From assembly GCA_963668645.2 (NCBI GenBank), contig CAXXWC010000019.1, positions 256,001 through 320,000 of the forward strand: 64,000 bases of DNA. The letters are read 5' to 3'. The notes under the pieces are model-generated. The model did not search any database. It worked only from the letters and a program-made list of their open reading frames with translations, and had not been told where the DNA came from. Below are positions 31,279 to 42,484 of this stretch, piece by piece. The translations under genes were made by a program, and so were the position numbers. The stretch comes from Desulfobacterales bacterium. Lineage in GTDB: Bacteria > Desulfobacterota > Desulfobacteria > Desulfobacterales > UBA2174. Every line of letters starts with the position of its first letter. Within the stretch, counting starts at the first letter, position 1.

Positions 31279-33420
31279 ATGATCCGGATCAACGACATTC
31301 TCGATTGCATTGGCGAAGCCCACCCCCAGGCCGATCTGGATATCGTGGAACGCGCCTATATCTATTCGGCCCAGGTCCATGCCGGGCAGCTGCGCCTCTC
31401 TGGAGAGCCCTACCTCTCGCACCCCCTGGCGGTGGCCCACATCCTGGCCCAGATGCACCTCGACCCGGTGAGCATCGCCGCCGGGTTGCTCCACGACGTC
31501 ATCGAAGACACCCATGCCACCGCAGCCGAGATCGAAGCCATGTTCGGCCCGGAAGTGGGCCACATCGTTTCCGGGGTGACCAAGATGAGCAAGGTCGTGG
31601 TGAGCGACTCGCGCGCGCGCCAGGCTGAAAGCATCCGCAAGATGCTGCTGGCCATGGCCGACGACCTGCGCGTGATCCTGATCAAGCTGGCCGACCGGGT
31701 CCACAACATGCGCACCCTGGAGTATCACCGGCCCAGCAAACGCCGGCTCATCGCCCAGGAAACCCTGGATATCTATGCCCCCATCGCCGCGCGGCTCGGG
31801 ATCTACTGGATGAAGCATGAACTGGAAGACACCGCCTTCATGCACACCGAAACCGAGTCCTACGAACAGATTCGCCAGATGGTGGCCAAGAGCCAGGCCG
31901 AGCGGGAAGAATACGTCCAGCAGGTCATTGCCGTCATTCTCCAGCACATGCATCCGGTCCACTCCGACTGCCGGGTGCTGGGCCGCTACAAGAAGTACTA
32001 CAGCATCCACCAGAAGATGCACTCACAGAATCTGGCCTTCGAGGACATCTACGACATCATCGCCTTTCGCATCGTGCTGGCCAGCGTGCCCCAGTGCTAC
32101 GAGGCCCTGGGGGTGATCCATTCGCTGTGGAAACCCATCGACATCAAGTTCAAGGACTACATCGCCCGGCCCAAGCCGAACATGTATCAGTCGCTGCATA
32201 CAACGGTCATCGGCCCCCGGGGCTATCGCATCGAAATTCAGATCCGCACCGAGGAGATGGACGAGGTAGCACGCAGCGGCATCGCGGCCCACTGGAGCTA
32301 TAAGGAGGGACAAAACAGCGATCTGAAAGTCAGCCAGCAGTTCGCCTGGATCCAGAACCTGATCGAAAACCAGGAAAACATCCAGGATCCCAAGGAGTTC
32401 ATGGAAAACGTGCGCATCGACCTGTTTCCCGACGAGGTCTATGTGTTCACGCCCAACGGGGACATCCGCAGCCTGGCCCGGGGGGCCACACCGGTCGATT
32501 TCGCCTACCTGATCCACACCGAAGTGGGCAACCACTGCTCCGGCGCCAAGGTCAACGGCCGCCTGGTGCCGCTGCAGACCGAACTGGAAACCGGCGACAT
32601 GGTGGAAATCACCACCTCGCCCAAGGGCCATCCGAGCAAGGACTGGCTCGCCTTCGTCAAAACGGTCAAGGCCAAGGCGAAGATCCGCCAGTGGATCAAA
32701 ATCCAGGAAAAGGAGCGCAGCCTCTCACTGGGCCGCGAAATGTGCGACAAGGCGTTTCGCAAGTACCGCCTGAGCTTCAGCAATCTTCTCAAGACGGCGG
32801 AAATGGAAAAGGTGGTGGAGACCTTCGGTTTCAAGAATGCCGACGACCTGATCGCCAGCGTGGGCTACGGCAAGATCACCCCGCTTCAGGTGGTGCGCAA
32901 ATTCCTGGTTAAACCGGATGCGGTCGAAACGGACGACTCACTGCTGAAAAAGCTCATCGGCGCCGTGCGCAAGCGCAAGCCCAAAACCGGGGTGACGGTC
33001 AAGGGAATGGACGACATCCTGGTCCGTTTCGGCAAATGCTGCCAACCGGTGCCAGGAGACGCCATCGTCGGCTATATCACCCGCGGATCAGGGGTAACGA
33101 TCCACCGCAGTGACTGTATCAATGCGCTCAAGCTCAGCTCGGATCGGTATATCGATGTGGAATGGAACGTGGAAATGGCCGATACCTATCCGGTCAAAAT
33201 CCGCGTCACCTCATTGGATCGGATGGGTCTGCTGGCAGATGTGGTGTCGAATTTCACCAAGCACGGGGCCAATATTCTCTCGGCCTGGACCGAAACCCGC
33301 AAGGATCACACGGTGGACAGCCTCTTTACCATCGGCGTCACCGACGCCGAGCATCTCAATCGGATCCTGGCCGATATCCGCAAGGTCAAGCTGGTTCAGG
33401 ATGTACGTCGAACCAAGTAA
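31279..33420 (+). CDS. rel: Bifunctional (p)ppGpp synthetase/hydrolase (long RSH)
   Basis: Intact LHDVIED hydrolase motif, KLADRVHNMRT, YQSLHT, TGS, CCQP, ACT domain. Confidence 0.95.
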   Translation: MIRINDILDCIGEAHPQADLDIVERAYIYSAQVHAGQLRLSGEPYLSHPLAVAHILAQMHLDPVSIAAGLLHDVIEDTHATAAEIEAMFGPEVGHIVSGVTKMSKVVVSDSRARQAESIRKMLLAMADDLRVILIKLADRVHNMRTLEYHRPSKRRLIAQETLDIYAPIAARLGIYWMKHELEDTAFMHTETESYEQIRQMVAKSQAEREEYVQQVIAVILQHMHPVHSDCRVLGRYKKYYSIHQKMHSQNLAFEDIYDIIAFRIVLASVPQCYEALGVIHSLWKPIDIKFKDYIARPKPNMYQSLHTTVIGPRGYRIEIQIRTEEMDEVARSGIAAHWSYKEGQNSDLKVSQQFAWIQNLIENQENIQDPKEFMENVRIDLFPDEVYVFTPNGDIRSLARGATPVDFAYLIHTEVGNHCSGAKVNGRLVPLQTELETGDMVEITTSPKGHPSKDWLAFVKTVKAKAKIRQWIKIQEKERSLSLGREMCDKAFRKYRLSFSNLLKTAEMEKVVETFGFKNADDLIASVGYGKITPLQVVRKFLVKPDAVETDDSLLKKLIGAVRKRKPKTGVTVKGMDDILVRFGKCCQPVPGDAIVGYITRGSGVTIHRSDCINALKLSSDRYIDVEWNVEMADTYPVKIRVTSLDRMGLLADVVSNFTKHGANILSAWTETRKDHTVDSLFTIGVTDAEHLNRILADIRKVKLVQDVRRTK

Positions 33421-33449
33421 AATGGCGCGCACAGGTCCGCTCACCGACC

Positions 33450-33641
33450 TCAGGGCGCCTTGACGATCTGGCCGGCCTTGATGCAACGGGTGCATACGGT
33501 CAGCTTTTGAATACGACCGTCTTTGAGAACCCGCACATTTTGCAGGTTGGGATTGAAGCGGCGCTTGGTCTTGTTGTGGGCATGGCTCACGTTGTTGCCC
33601 ACCTGGGGATTTTTGCCGCAGATATCACATATTTTGGACAT
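33450..33641 (-). CDS. rpmB: 50S ribosomal protein L28
   Basis: [26 protein letters not shown]. Confidence 0.97.
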   Translation of the reverse strand: MSKICDICGKNPQVGNNVSHAHNKTKRRFNPNLQNVRVLKDGRIQKLTVCTRCIKAGQIVKAP

Positions 33642-33788
33642 GATCGATTCTCCACTTTATCTTTGTACAAAGGATTTCAACGCGCCGAATCAATGACCGG
33701 CCACGCTCAAGCGCGGTCTTGAGCAAAATGGGTTTGATAGCGCAAATCCTTCACGCTGTAAAGGAATTTTCGGCGGGTAGAGGAAGTC

Positions 33789-34460
33789 TCAGGGCTTGTC
33801 GGCTTCCTTTTTTTCAGCCATTGCGATGCGCGCTTCGCATTCGGCGATATGCTGCAGGGCCAAGTGATGGATCCCGACATCCGGGTATCCGTTAATCACG
33901 TTTTTAAATCGCTCCAGGGCCGCCTTGGGCCGCTCGGCCTTGTAGTAGTACATCCCCACGTAAAAATCGTGGCCGGCCAGACTTTTCCAGCAGTCCTTGA
34001 CGTGGGCCGCAGCCTTGCGGGCGTATTCGTCTTTGGAAAAGCGGTTGATCAATCGCGCGTAAACCTCCAGGGTCCGGATGGCAAAGGTCTGGTCCCGGTC
34101 CATGGTATCGAGCCGGTCAAAATAACAGCGGCCGATCTGGTAGATCACATAAGGGATGGCTTCGTTGCGTGGATGGAGGTTTTCGAAGCTTTCATAGGCC
34201 GCGATGGCCTCTTCATGATCCTTGAGACGGTAATGCGCGTCGGCGATTTTCAATTCGGCCAGAATGGCGAAGCGGCTGTAAGGGTACCAGTCCTTGAGCT
34301 TCTCGAAATGCTCGATGGCCGTTTTGTAATTGCCGAAATCGTAGGCGTCCATGCCTTCGGCCGCCAATTCGCTGGCCGAAAAGTCCTCGCGGGTTTCGAA
34401 CCAGGCGCAACCCGTCATCAGCAAAGCCGCCAGCACCAAGGCAACGATTCGCGATTGCAT
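33789..34460 (-). CDS. bamD: Outer membrane protein assembly factor BamD
   Basis: Lipobox TGC, YPYS, FENLHP, DRDQT, TPR pattern. Confidence 0.9.
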   Translation of the reverse strand: MQSRIVALVLAALLMTGCAWFETREDFSASELAAEGMDAYDFGNYKTAIEHFEKLKDWYPYSRFAILAELKIADAHYRLKDHEEAIAAYESFENLHPRNEAIPYVIYQIGRCYFDRLDTMDRDQTFAIRTLEVYARLINRFSKDEYARKAAAHVKDCWKSLAGHDFYVGMYYYKAERPKAALERFKNVINGYPDVGIHHLALQHIAECEARIAMAEKKEADKP

Positions 34461-34521
34461 TATCAGTCCCGGATTTGCCCCGCCGGGATTCCGCGGTATC
34501 CCGTCAATCCCGGCCGAAGGC

Positions 34522-34848
34522 TCAGATTACGCGGTTGAGAGTCTCTTCGAGCCTCGATTTGGCCACCATGCCGGTGATCTGATCCACCACGGCGCCGTCT
34601 TTGAAAAAGATGAGGGTGGGAATGGCCTTGATGCCGAACTTTCCCGGGGTGATGGGGTTTTCGTCCACGTTGCACTTGGCGAACTTGATCCGATCCTCGA
34701 AGCTCTTGGCCAGATCCTCGATCACCGGCCCGATGGCCTTGCACGGCCCGCACCAGGGTGCCCAGAAATCGACCATCACCGGTTTTTCGGCTTTCATGAC
34801 TTCCGCTTCGAAGTTGCCGTCGCTGACTTCCACAATGTTGCCTGCCAT
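34522..34848 (-). CDS. trxA: Thioredoxin
   Basis: DFWAPWCGPCK, IPTL. Confidence 0.95.
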   Translation of the reverse strand: MAGNIVEVSDGNFEAEVMKAEKPVMVDFWAPWCGPCKAIGPVIEDLAKSFEDRIKFAKCNVDENPITPGKFGIKAIPTLIFFKDGAVVDQITGMVAKSRLEETLNRVI

Positions 34849-34918
34849 GGTTGCACTTCCTTTCTCGGTTTCTGAACACGGTACCCGAAGGGCGCCTGCC
34901 CATGCTTGCAATTTTGGC

Positions 34919-34947
34919 AATATAGTAATAGCCAGAAGGCTTGTCAA
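34919..34947 (-). promoter_or_regulatory. Sigma-70 promoter of trxA-bamD
   Basis: Minus strand TTGACA-N17-TATATT. Confidence 0.65.
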
Positions 34948-35025
34948 TCATCACAACCTGGCAGGGCAGCAGCGCCGTCCCACCCGGCGGCCGCCCCGTC
35001 AACTTCGGCCAAGGAGGAACCGGCA

Positions 35026-35823
35026 ATGACCACTCGACTGCGCATCGGGGCTTTGATCTCCGGCGGCGGCACCAACCTGCAGGCCATCATCGACGCCTGC
35101 GCCACCGGCCAGGTAGACGGGCAAATCGTTTTCGTGGGCACGGACAACCCGCAGGCCAAGGGCCTGGATCGCGCCCGCAAGGCGGACATTACCACCTTCG
35201 TGGTCGATTACGGCCGGATCCTGCGGCGCTGCCGGGAAAATCCGGACGCCGAGCCCTTGCCGGCCGGGGTGGACCTGGACGAGCTGGCCCGACGCCAGCA
35301 GCTGCATGCTGCCGATGGCGACCCCCGGCGGCTGCACCGCTTCTTGCACGGCCGGGTGCAGGCCGAGGCGGCCCTGCTTGCCGCCATGGCGCCCTACCCC
35401 TTCGATCTTCTGGTCCTGGCCGGATTCATGCGCAACCTGACCCCCTATTTCATCGACCGCATCAATACCGAACCGGGCCGGCCGCGAATCATGAACATCC
35501 ACCCGGCCCTGCTGCCAGCCTTTCCCGGCACCGACGGATACGGCGACACCTTCCGCTACGGGTGCAAGGTGGGCGGCTGCACGGTCCATTTTATCGACTA
35601 CGGCGAAGACAGCGGCCCGATCATCGGCCAGCGGGCTTTGGCCATCGGTCCCGACGACGACCTGGAAACCGTCCGGCGCAACGGCCTGGCGCAGGAATGG
35701 CAGCTTTATCCGGAATGTATCCAGCTCTTTGCCGAAGGACGGTTGCGGGTGGTGGAAAAAACCCACACCCTGGACAACGGGGTGCCCTATCGGCGTTCGG
35801 TGGTGGAGATCCAGGACAGGTAG
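35026..35823 (+). CDS. purN: Phosphoribosylglycinamide formyltransferase with internal insertion
   Basis: SGGGTNLQAI, LAGFMR, NIHPALLP, GCTVHF, DSGPII. Confidence 0.92.
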   Translation: MTTRLRIGALISGGGTNLQAIIDACATGQVDGQIVFVGTDNPQAKGLDRARKADITTFVVDYGRILRRCRENPDAEPLPAGVDLDELARRQQLHAADGDPRRLHRFLHGRVQAEAALLAAMAPYPFDLLVLAGFMRNLTPYFIDRINTEPGRPRIMNIHPALLPAFPGTDGYGDTFRYGCKVGGCTVHFIDYGEDSGPIIGQRALAIGPDDDLETVRRNGLAQEWQLYPECIQLFAEGRLRVVEKTHTLDNGVPYRRSVVEIQDR

Positions 35824-35848
35824 GTAAGGCGGGTGGATGGCAGCGTTG

Positions 35849-37051
35849 CTACATCAACCGGACCATCATCGGCAGGGCCACAAAGGTGCCGATGCTGCTG
35901 CCGATGTTGGTGAACACCACCACCAGCAGGATCCGGGTGACCTTGTTGCGCCAGAATCCGCGTATCGAGAGGATATCCTGGGCCAGGTTCTCGAAGTCGA
36001 TGACCCGCGGCCGGCGCGAAAAGGCTTCTACCAGGCCTGAAACCCAACCGGCGGCGATCATGGGGTTGAGGCTGGTCAGGGGTGCGGCGGCCATGGACGA
36101 GACGATGGTCAGTGGGTGGGCCAGGGCCGCCAGTGCCCCCAGGCCGGCCAGAATGGCGTTGGCGGCGATCCACAGGGTGACCATTTCCGTGCCGGTATGC
36201 ACCCCACTGCTGGCGAACCCGTAGATCATCAGGGCGAGGATGGCCAGCGGCAGCCCCCACTTGACGGCCCGCGACCAGCGGCCCGTGGCGGGCATCCGCT
36301 CCAGGGCGGCCATGTCCACGTCCTGGTCCCAGTAGCGCCGAATCCCGGCCACATGACCGGCGCCGACCACCGCTACGATCTTGCGGCCCGGAGCGGAGCG
36401 GATCTTCTCGCACAGGTAGCGGTCCCGCTCGTCGATGAGGGTTTGGCGCACCTCGGGCATGCTCTGTCCCAATTCGGCCATCACCGATTCGAGCACATCC
36501 TGCTGTTTTAGCCGTTCGACCTCTTCTTCGCTGATACGCTCGGCCTCATCCATGGAAAGCAGAAGCTGGGGAATCAGTTTGAGTTTGGTCCAGAACCCCA
36601 TGGCGGCCCAGGTACGCGCCAGGGTGGTGCGAATATCCCGGTCGGCCAGATGAACGGTGGCCCCGATCTCCTCGGCCACGGCTACGGCCTGGAGCATCTC
36701 CTCGCCCGGGCGGATCTCCAGGCGGCTGGCGATGCGCCGCTGAAAGGCGGCCAAGAGCAGGTTGGCCAGCAGCAAAAAGGCCTTTTTCTCCCGGATCACC
36801 TTGATGATGTCCATGTTCTGCCACTGGTCTTTTTGGCGCAGGCTCTGGTAGCGCGAGAGGCAAAGCTCCACGCAAACCGTATCGGGCTGCTCGGTTTCGA
36901 TGGTGCGGCGCACCAGTTCGGCGCTCTCGCGCGAAACGTGGGCCGTACCCACCAGGACGACCTGCTTGTCCAGATGGCTCAAATGGTAAACGGGCGGCGC
37001 GGTGGCCGCTGGCGGCGTCCCATTGGTTTGCTGGCAGTTCATTGAATCCAT
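35849..37051 (-). CDS. TraB/GumN (pheromone-shutdown TraB-like) protein with C-terminal TM domain
   Basis: LVGTAHVS, VCVEL, LADRDI, LIDERD, VVGAGH. Confidence 0.9.
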   Translation of the reverse strand: MDSMNCQQTNGTPPAATAPPVYHLSHLDKQVVLVGTAHVSRESAELVRRTIETEQPDTVCVELCLSRYQSLRQKDQWQNMDIIKVIREKKAFLLLANLLLAAFQRRIASRLEIRPGEEMLQAVAVAEEIGATVHLADRDIRTTLARTWAAMGFWTKLKLIPQLLLSMDEAERISEEEVERLKQQDVLESVMAELGQSMPEVRQTLIDERDRYLCEKIRSAPGRKIVAVVGAGHVAGIRRYWDQDVDMAALERMPATGRWSRAVKWGLPLAILALMIYGFASSGVHTGTEMVTLWIAANAILAGLGALAALAHPLTIVSSMAAAPLTSLNPMIAAGWVSGLVEAFSRRPRVIDFENLAQDILSIRGFWRNKVTRILLVVVFTNIGSSIGTFVALPMMVRLM

Positions 37052-37262
37052 CGCGTTTGGCCGGCCGAGGCGTGATATTCTGTCACCGGCAGGTTCATGC
37101 CACCGCACGGCCGCGGCGACCATCGCGCGGTACTGCGGATATTATTTGATATTAAGATCGAAGTGCGGCCCGGTCAACGGCGCTCACCGGACCTCGTCGT
37201 CTTTCCAACCCGGCCTGTCCATTCGGGTTTTGCCGGGAATCGTTGCCTCGAAAGGTTCCGCA

Positions 37263-37291
37263 TTGACAGGCCGGGCCTGGAAAACTAAGCT
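37263..37291 (+). promoter_or_regulatory. Sigma-70 promoter of the CbbQ/VWA pair
   Basis: TTGACA-N17-TAAGCT. Confidence 0.6.
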
Positions 37292-37397
37292 GAGCGCCCG
37301 TATCTTTTGAAAAGTTTCAACCATGGAGGGGCCGTTCCTTCCATCATCCAACCGGTATACCGACGACCTTGCCAAGTGTCGGGGAGACGTTTTTGAC

Positions 37398-38213
37398 ATG
37401 AACGCTTCAATTGACCCGGAAACCGAACCCTACCTGATCCAGGAGGAACCCTTCTACCTCGAATGCGCCGGTGAGGTGCGCCTTTTCCAAGCCGCATGGG
37501 CGGCCCGCTTGCCGGTGATCCTCAAGGGGCCCACCGGCTGTGGCAAAACGCGCTTCGTCCAGCACATGGCCTGGCGCCTGGGCCGCCCCCTGGTGACCGT
37601 GGCCTGCCACGAAGATCTTTTCGCCTCGGACCTGATCGGCCGCTACCTGCTCAATGACGGCCAGACCGTCTGGACCGACGGCCCCCTGGCAAGGGCGGTG
37701 CGCATGGGCGCCATCTGCTACCTCGACGAGGTGGTCGAGGCCCGCAAGGACACCACCGTGGTCATCCACCCGCTGACCGACGACCGGCGCCTGCTGAGCA
37801 TCGACAAGAAGGGCGAAATCCTGGCGGCCCACCCGGATTTCATGATGGTCATCTCGTACAACCCCGGTTACCAGTCGGTGCTCAAGGACCTTAAACAAAG
37901 CACCCGCCAGCGCTTCGCGGCCCTGAACTTCGACTACCCGGCCCCGGAGCACGAAGCCCTGATCGTGGCGCGCGAGGCCGGCGTCGGATCCGATTTGGCC
38001 CGGCAGTTGGTCCACCTGGCCGGGAGGATCCGCAACATCCGCGAGCAGGGCCTGGCCGAAGGCGCCAGCACCCGCTTGCTGATCTATGCCGGCCGCCTCA
38101 TGGCCGGGGGGATCGAGCCGGTCGAGGCCTGCCGCATGGCCATGGCGCGCCCGCTCACCGACGATGACCGGCTACTGGAAACCCTGGATGATCTGATCGC
38201 CGATGCCTTCTGA
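37398..38213 (+). CDS. CbbQ/NirQ/NorQ-family MoxR AAA+ ATPase
   Basis: [44 protein letters not shown]. Confidence 0.93.
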   Translation: MNASIDPETEPYLIQEEPFYLECAGEVRLFQAAWAARLPVILKGPTGCGKTRFVQHMAWRLGRPLVTVACHEDLFASDLIGRYLLNDGQTVWTDGPLARAVRMGAICYLDEVVEARKDTTVVIHPLTDDRRLLSIDKKGEILAAHPDFMMVISYNPGYQSVLKDLKQSTRQRFAALNFDYPAPEHEALIVAREAGVGSDLARQLVHLAGRIRNIREQGLAEGASTRLLIYAGRLMAGGIEPVEACRMAMARPLTDDDRLLETLDDLIADAF

Positions 38214-40944
38214 ACCCCATGCGGCCCCCGGCCCGGGCATTCCGCCCTTCGCCCCGCCGGAGGAACCGCTGGCGCGCCTGGCGCGCTTCGACCCGGATCT
38301 GGCGGCCCTGGTTGCCCGACATCTGGCCCCGGGATCCCGGGCCCCGCAGCCGGCCGGCCTGGAACGTCTGGTCGAGGAAATCATGTGGGCCGCCACCGTT
38401 TCGTTGCCCCTGGCCCGGGCCCTCGCCGCCGGCGGCGGCGAACTGCTGGTTCGCGCTGACGCAGACCGGATCGCCGTCTACTGGCCCGAGGTGCGCCGCG
38501 CCGCGGCCCACGGGCCGGAGCTCGGCCAGATCATGGCCGCGGCCCTGGCGCCGGTGCTCTGCTTCGGACCGCCGCCCGGAACAGCCCGGTTTCTGGCGGC
38601 CGTGGCCGTGCTGCGCGCCAAGGGCACCTATACCCTCAAAAGGCCCCTGCAATCCCTGGAACAGCTGCTGCGCGAACAGGACCTGGAGGCGGCCCGCGCC
38701 TTCGTGGATCTTATCCGGGACGCCTTTGACCAGCCCCTGACCTACAACCAGAGCCTCCACCTGACCCACAGCCTGCCCAAGGTGGCCTTGAACCTCAAAC
38801 CGCCACGCCGCGCCTTTCAACTCGACCAGATCCGGCGCATCGCGGTGCAGGACCCGGCCCTGGTGGACGAATTCATCGACGGCTTGGCCGCCGGGCTCGA
38901 AATTCTGGATGCAAAGGCCCTGGCCTGTTTCGTGGACGAAGCCCTGGCCTGCTGCCAGCGGCAGCACCATTTCGGCCGGCGCATGCTCGCTTTGCGGACC
39001 ATAGCGGCCCGCCATCGCTTTCACAGCCTGCAACAGGCCGTCTCCCTGGCCGAGGTCCGCCCGGCCCTGGGCCGCTATCTGGCCGCCCGCCTAGGCCGCC
39101 ACCTGCCCGTCCGCCCCCTGACCGAACTGGGGGCCGCCCGGCAAGTATCCACCGCAAAAGAGCCGGCGGTGTGCAGCGACGGCACCAGGCTCTATCTGCC
39201 CCCCGAACTGGACGCCGGCGCAGGCCGCGCGGCCAACATCGATCTGTACAAGCTGCTCGTGCGCCTGGAGGCCGGCTATTACGAACATGGGACCCTGGAC
39301 TTCGATCTCGAGCGGATGAGTGGTGCGCCGCCTGCGATCCATGACGAGCCGGACGATCTTTGCGATCTGGAGCGTCTTTTCGGGCGCTTTGAAATCCCGC
39401 AACTGGCCCAGGATCTTTTCACCATCGCCGAGCACGGGCGGTTGATGCGCACTTGGCGGCGCGACGCGCCGGGATTGTGGCGCCTTTTGAAAAGCCGGCT
39501 AACGCGGCCGGATGCGGACTGCGAGCCCGGCCGGCCTTCGATCCTTTGGCGCCTTTATCAGGGCATCGTGCTGGGGCGAATCGAAGCGTGCGCTTCGCCC
39601 GACGGTCCATCCCTGGAGCATCTTTTGACGGCCTTCGAGGGGCAAATGGCAGCCGACCCCTCGGTGGAGGGTACCGCCGGCTGGACCATAACGGCCTATT
39701 CTGCTCTTGCCTCGACCGGCGAGCCGCCCTGGGACGCCGAGCCGCTGTGCCCCCCTTTTGGATGGCGCGTGCCGGCCGCACTTTTCGGCCAGGCCCAGCG
39801 AACCATCCTGCGCCGGGCCGCCACACTGAAACGCGATCTTGCCGCACATGGGGCCCAGATTTACCGCAGCGCCCTGGTCCGCGAATTGATACGCAGCCAG
39901 GGCCGGCTTGAAAGCGACCAGGTGGCCACCCTGCTGCGGCAAAAGGCCGATCGCCGGCCAGGCACCCCGGCGGCGGTACTCGATCCGCAGACCCTGCGGC
40001 GCTTGCTGGAAACCGCGACGCTTGCAAGCCCGGCCCCGGTTTGCGACGGCACTCCCGCCGCCTGGTACCCGGAATGGGACCAGGCCGCCGGCGGATACCT
40101 GGCCGACCATGTCCGGGTGGCGGACCGCCCGGTGGCACCGGGCGATCCGGCCTTTTATCCGTCGGTGCTCACCGCCCGGCCGGGCCTCGTGGTCCGGTTG
40201 CGGCGAACCTTCGAGTGGCTGCGCCCCCAGGGCATCGGGATCCTGCGCCAGTGGATCGAAGGCGATGAGTTCGACTACCGGGCGCTGATCGATTACGCCG
40301 TGGACCGGCAAGCCGGTGTGACGCCCTCGGAAAGGCTCTACATCAAACGGGTCAAACGGGTTCGCGACGTGGCGGTTCTGCTCCTGGTCGATCTTTCGCG
40401 CAGCACCGGCAACCTGGTGGCCGGCCGCCGCCAGCGGGTGGTGGATGTGGAAAAGGAAGCCCTTGTGCTCTTTTGCGAGGCTCTGGGGGTGGTGGGAGAC
40501 CGTTTCGCCCTGGCCGGCTTTTCGGGCAGTGGGCGGCTCGGGGTCGAATACCTGCGGATCAAAGATTTCGATGCCCCCGTGGATGGTGCGGTCAAAGAGC
40601 GCATCGCGGCCGTGGCGCCGCGGCGGGCCACCCGCATGGGGGCCGCCATCCGCCACGCCGTGATGCAACTGGCGGCCCAACCGGCCCGTGTAAGGCTGCT
40701 GCTCATTTTGGGGGATGGATTTCCCAACGACATCGACTACAAGGCGGACCATGCCGTGGCCGATACCCGCCAGGCGATGGGCGAGGCCCGGGCCCGGGGC
40801 ATCTATACCCATGCCATCACGGTCAATCTGCCCCAGGACGCCCGCCTGGACGATCTGTACGGCCCGCTGCGCCACACCGTGATCGGGGATGTGACCGAGC
40901 TGCCCGGCAAACTGCTTGGCATCTACGGGCGTCTGACCCGCTAG
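38203..40944 (+). CDS. CbbO/NorD-like VWA-domain protein, 913 aa
   Basis: [41 protein letters not shown]; overlaps the AAA+ gene. Confidence 0.88.
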   Translation: MPSEPHAAPGPGIPPFAPPEEPLARLARFDPDLAALVARHLAPGSRAPQPAGLERLVEEIMWAATVSLPLARALAAGGGELLVRADADRIAVYWPEVRRAAAHGPELGQIMAAALAPVLCFGPPPGTARFLAAVAVLRAKGTYTLKRPLQSLEQLLREQDLEAARAFVDLIRDAFDQPLTYNQSLHLTHSLPKVALNLKPPRRAFQLDQIRRIAVQDPALVDEFIDGLAAGLEILDAKALACFVDEALACCQRQHHFGRRMLALRTIAARHRFHSLQQAVSLAEVRPALGRYLAARLGRHLPVRPLTELGAARQVSTAKEPAVCSDGTRLYLPPELDAGAGRAANIDLYKLLVRLEAGYYEHGTLDFDLERMSGAPPAIHDEPDDLCDLERLFGRFEIPQLAQDLFTIAEHGRLMRTWRRDAPGLWRLLKSRLTRPDADCEPGRPSILWRLYQGIVLGRIEACASPDGPSLEHLLTAFEGQMAADPSVEGTAGWTITAYSALASTGEPPWDAEPLCPPFGWRVPAALFGQAQRTILRRAATLKRDLAAHGAQIYRSALVRELIRSQGRLESDQVATLLRQKADRRPGTPAAVLDPQTLRRLLETATLASPAPVCDGTPAAWYPEWDQAAGGYLADHVRVADRPVAPGDPAFYPSVLTARPGLVVRLRRTFEWLRPQGIGILRQWIEGDEFDYRALIDYAVDRQAGVTPSERLYIKRVKRVRDVAVLLLVDLSRSTGNLVAGRRQRVVDVEKEALVLFCEALGVVGDRFALAGFSGSGRLGVEYLRIKDFDAPVDGAVKERIAAVAPRRATRMGAAIRHAVMQLAAQPARVRLLLILGDGFPNDIDYKADHAVADTRQAMGEARARGIYTHAITVNLPQDARLDDLYGPLRHTVIGDVTELPGKLLGIYGRLTR

Positions 40945-41014
40945 CCCGCCGGCCCTGGGAGGCCTGTGGGAATTTGAGCTTTCAAATTTCAGATGCTTCG
41001 GGAGGGAGCCGTCG

Positions 41015-41476
41015 ATGAGCGCCGAAACATTGATTCACGATGCCGTCTACCGCTGGCCCGGCTGGGGCGGGCGGATGCAGCTGGGCAGCGGCCGCTGCCG
41101 CCTGCGCATCTTCGACCTGCGGCGCGGGCCGGCAAATGGGCTGTGCCACCTCAAACCGATCATCGCGGTGGTTTCCGACCTGCCCAAAAAACGGCTCAAC
41201 GACATGTCGGTGCGCAGCTGCACCGGGCATATCGCCACCTGCGTGGCCCGGGATTTTGCCATCGATCCCCAGCGCATGCTCTGGATCGAATATTACCCCG
41301 AACGTCACTACGGAACACACCGGGAGCGGACCGTGGCCCAAAGCCTGGTGGCGGTCGATCTGACCTGGCACCAGGACCTGGCCATCGAGCCGCGCTGGCG
41401 GCCTCTTCAACCGCCGTTGAGCGATGCGGTTCTCGAAATGCTCAAGACCACCCCGGAGGAAATCGAAGAGGCCTGA
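41015..41476 (+). CDS. Hypothetical protein
   Basis: 153-aa ORF with GGAGGGAG RBS, followed by a hairpin; no family recognised. Confidence 0.7.
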   Translation: MSAETLIHDAVYRWPGWGGRMQLGSGRCRLRIFDLRRGPANGLCHLKPIIAVVSDLPKKRLNDMSVRSCTGHIATCVARDFAIDPQRMLWIEYYPERHYGTHRERTVAQSLVAVDLTWHQDLAIEPRWRPLQPPLSDAVLEMLKTTPEEIEEA

Positions 41477-41491
41477 AGAAAGGTCGAAACA

Positions 41492-41519
41492 AAACCGGCC
41501 CCTTTCCAGGAGCCGGTTT
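41492..41519. terminator. Probable bidirectional terminator
   Basis: aaaccggc...gccggttt stem between convergent genes. Confidence 0.55.
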
Positions 41520-41551
41520 CCTTCCTGCTTGCGATCGGCGATCGCGGTGGC

Positions 41552-42406
41552 CTATTTGGCGATCCAGGCCTCGACCTTCTTGGGGTTTTCCTTGACCCAG
41601 CGTTTAGCCGATTCGTAGGGATCGGCGCCCTCGGCGTTCCAGCCCTGAACCTGGCCGATCTCGGCCAGGGTCCAGTGAAAGTTGTCCAGCACCTTGTAGA
41701 CCTCGGGCATGTCTTCCTTGAGGCCCTTGCGCACGATGGTGGCGATGTACTCGCTGCCGCCATAGATCCCCTTGGGATCCTTGAGGTACTTGAGCGACCA
41801 GCGGGCGAACTTCCAGTGGGGCGTCCAGCCGGTGACCACCACCCACTGCTTGTTCTTGATCTTGTCGCCCAGGGTGGCGGTCATCATGGCGCCCGAGCTT
41901 TCCACCAGTTCCATCTTGTCCATGCCGTAGGCTTTGATGGCGTCTTCGGTCTTGCTCATGATCCCGGCGCCCGGATCAATGCCGATGATCTTGCCGTCGA
42001 ACTTGGCGGCATTGGCATTGAGCTGGTCGATGCCCTCGATGGTCACGTAGGTGGGTACCACCAGCCCGATGCCGGCCCCGGCGCAGTTCTCACCGAGATT
42101 GACCACCTTGTCTTTGACCTTTTCCAGATAATGGCCGTGGGTGACGGGCAGCCAGGCGGTGGTCATGCCGTCCACATCGCCCGTGGCCAGGGCCTGCCAC
42201 ATGGCCGCGGCGCTTACCGGGGTAATCTCCACGTCGTAGCCGAGCTTTTCCTGCAGCACGGCCTTGACCACGTTGGTGCTGGCCGTGGCGCAAGACCACT
42301 CGACGTAGACCAACTCGACCTTCCCCTTGCCCGCCATGGCCGCCGGTGCGCCGATCAGAACGATCAGAACCGAAAGTGCTAAAATGAGTGAGAGTGACTT
42401 CTTCAA
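41552..42406 (-). CDS. opuAC: Glycine betaine ABC transporter substrate-binding protein (OpuAC/ProX-like)
   Basis: AWLPVTH, GIDPGAG, GWTPHWKF, LKDPK. Confidence 0.9.
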   Translation of the reverse strand: MKKSLSLILALSVLIVLIGAPAAMAGKGKVELVYVEWSCATASTNVVKAVLQEKLGYDVEITPVSAAAMWQALATGDVDGMTTAWLPVTHGHYLEKVKDKVVNLGENCAGAGIGLVVPTYVTIEGIDQLNANAAKFDGKIIGIDPGAGIMSKTEDAIKAYGMDKMELVESSGAMMTATLGDKIKNKQWVVVTGWTPHWKFARWSLKYLKDPKGIYGGSEYIATIVRKGLKEDMPEVYKVLDNFHWTLAEIGQVQGWNAEGADPYESAKRWVKENPKKVEAWIAK

Positions 42407-42484
42407 AACGACCTCCTTGAGATTTGGGTTGGTAAAAAGTCCTTTCGAACGCTGTTGTTTTTCAACAGCATATAAACTCGCCTT

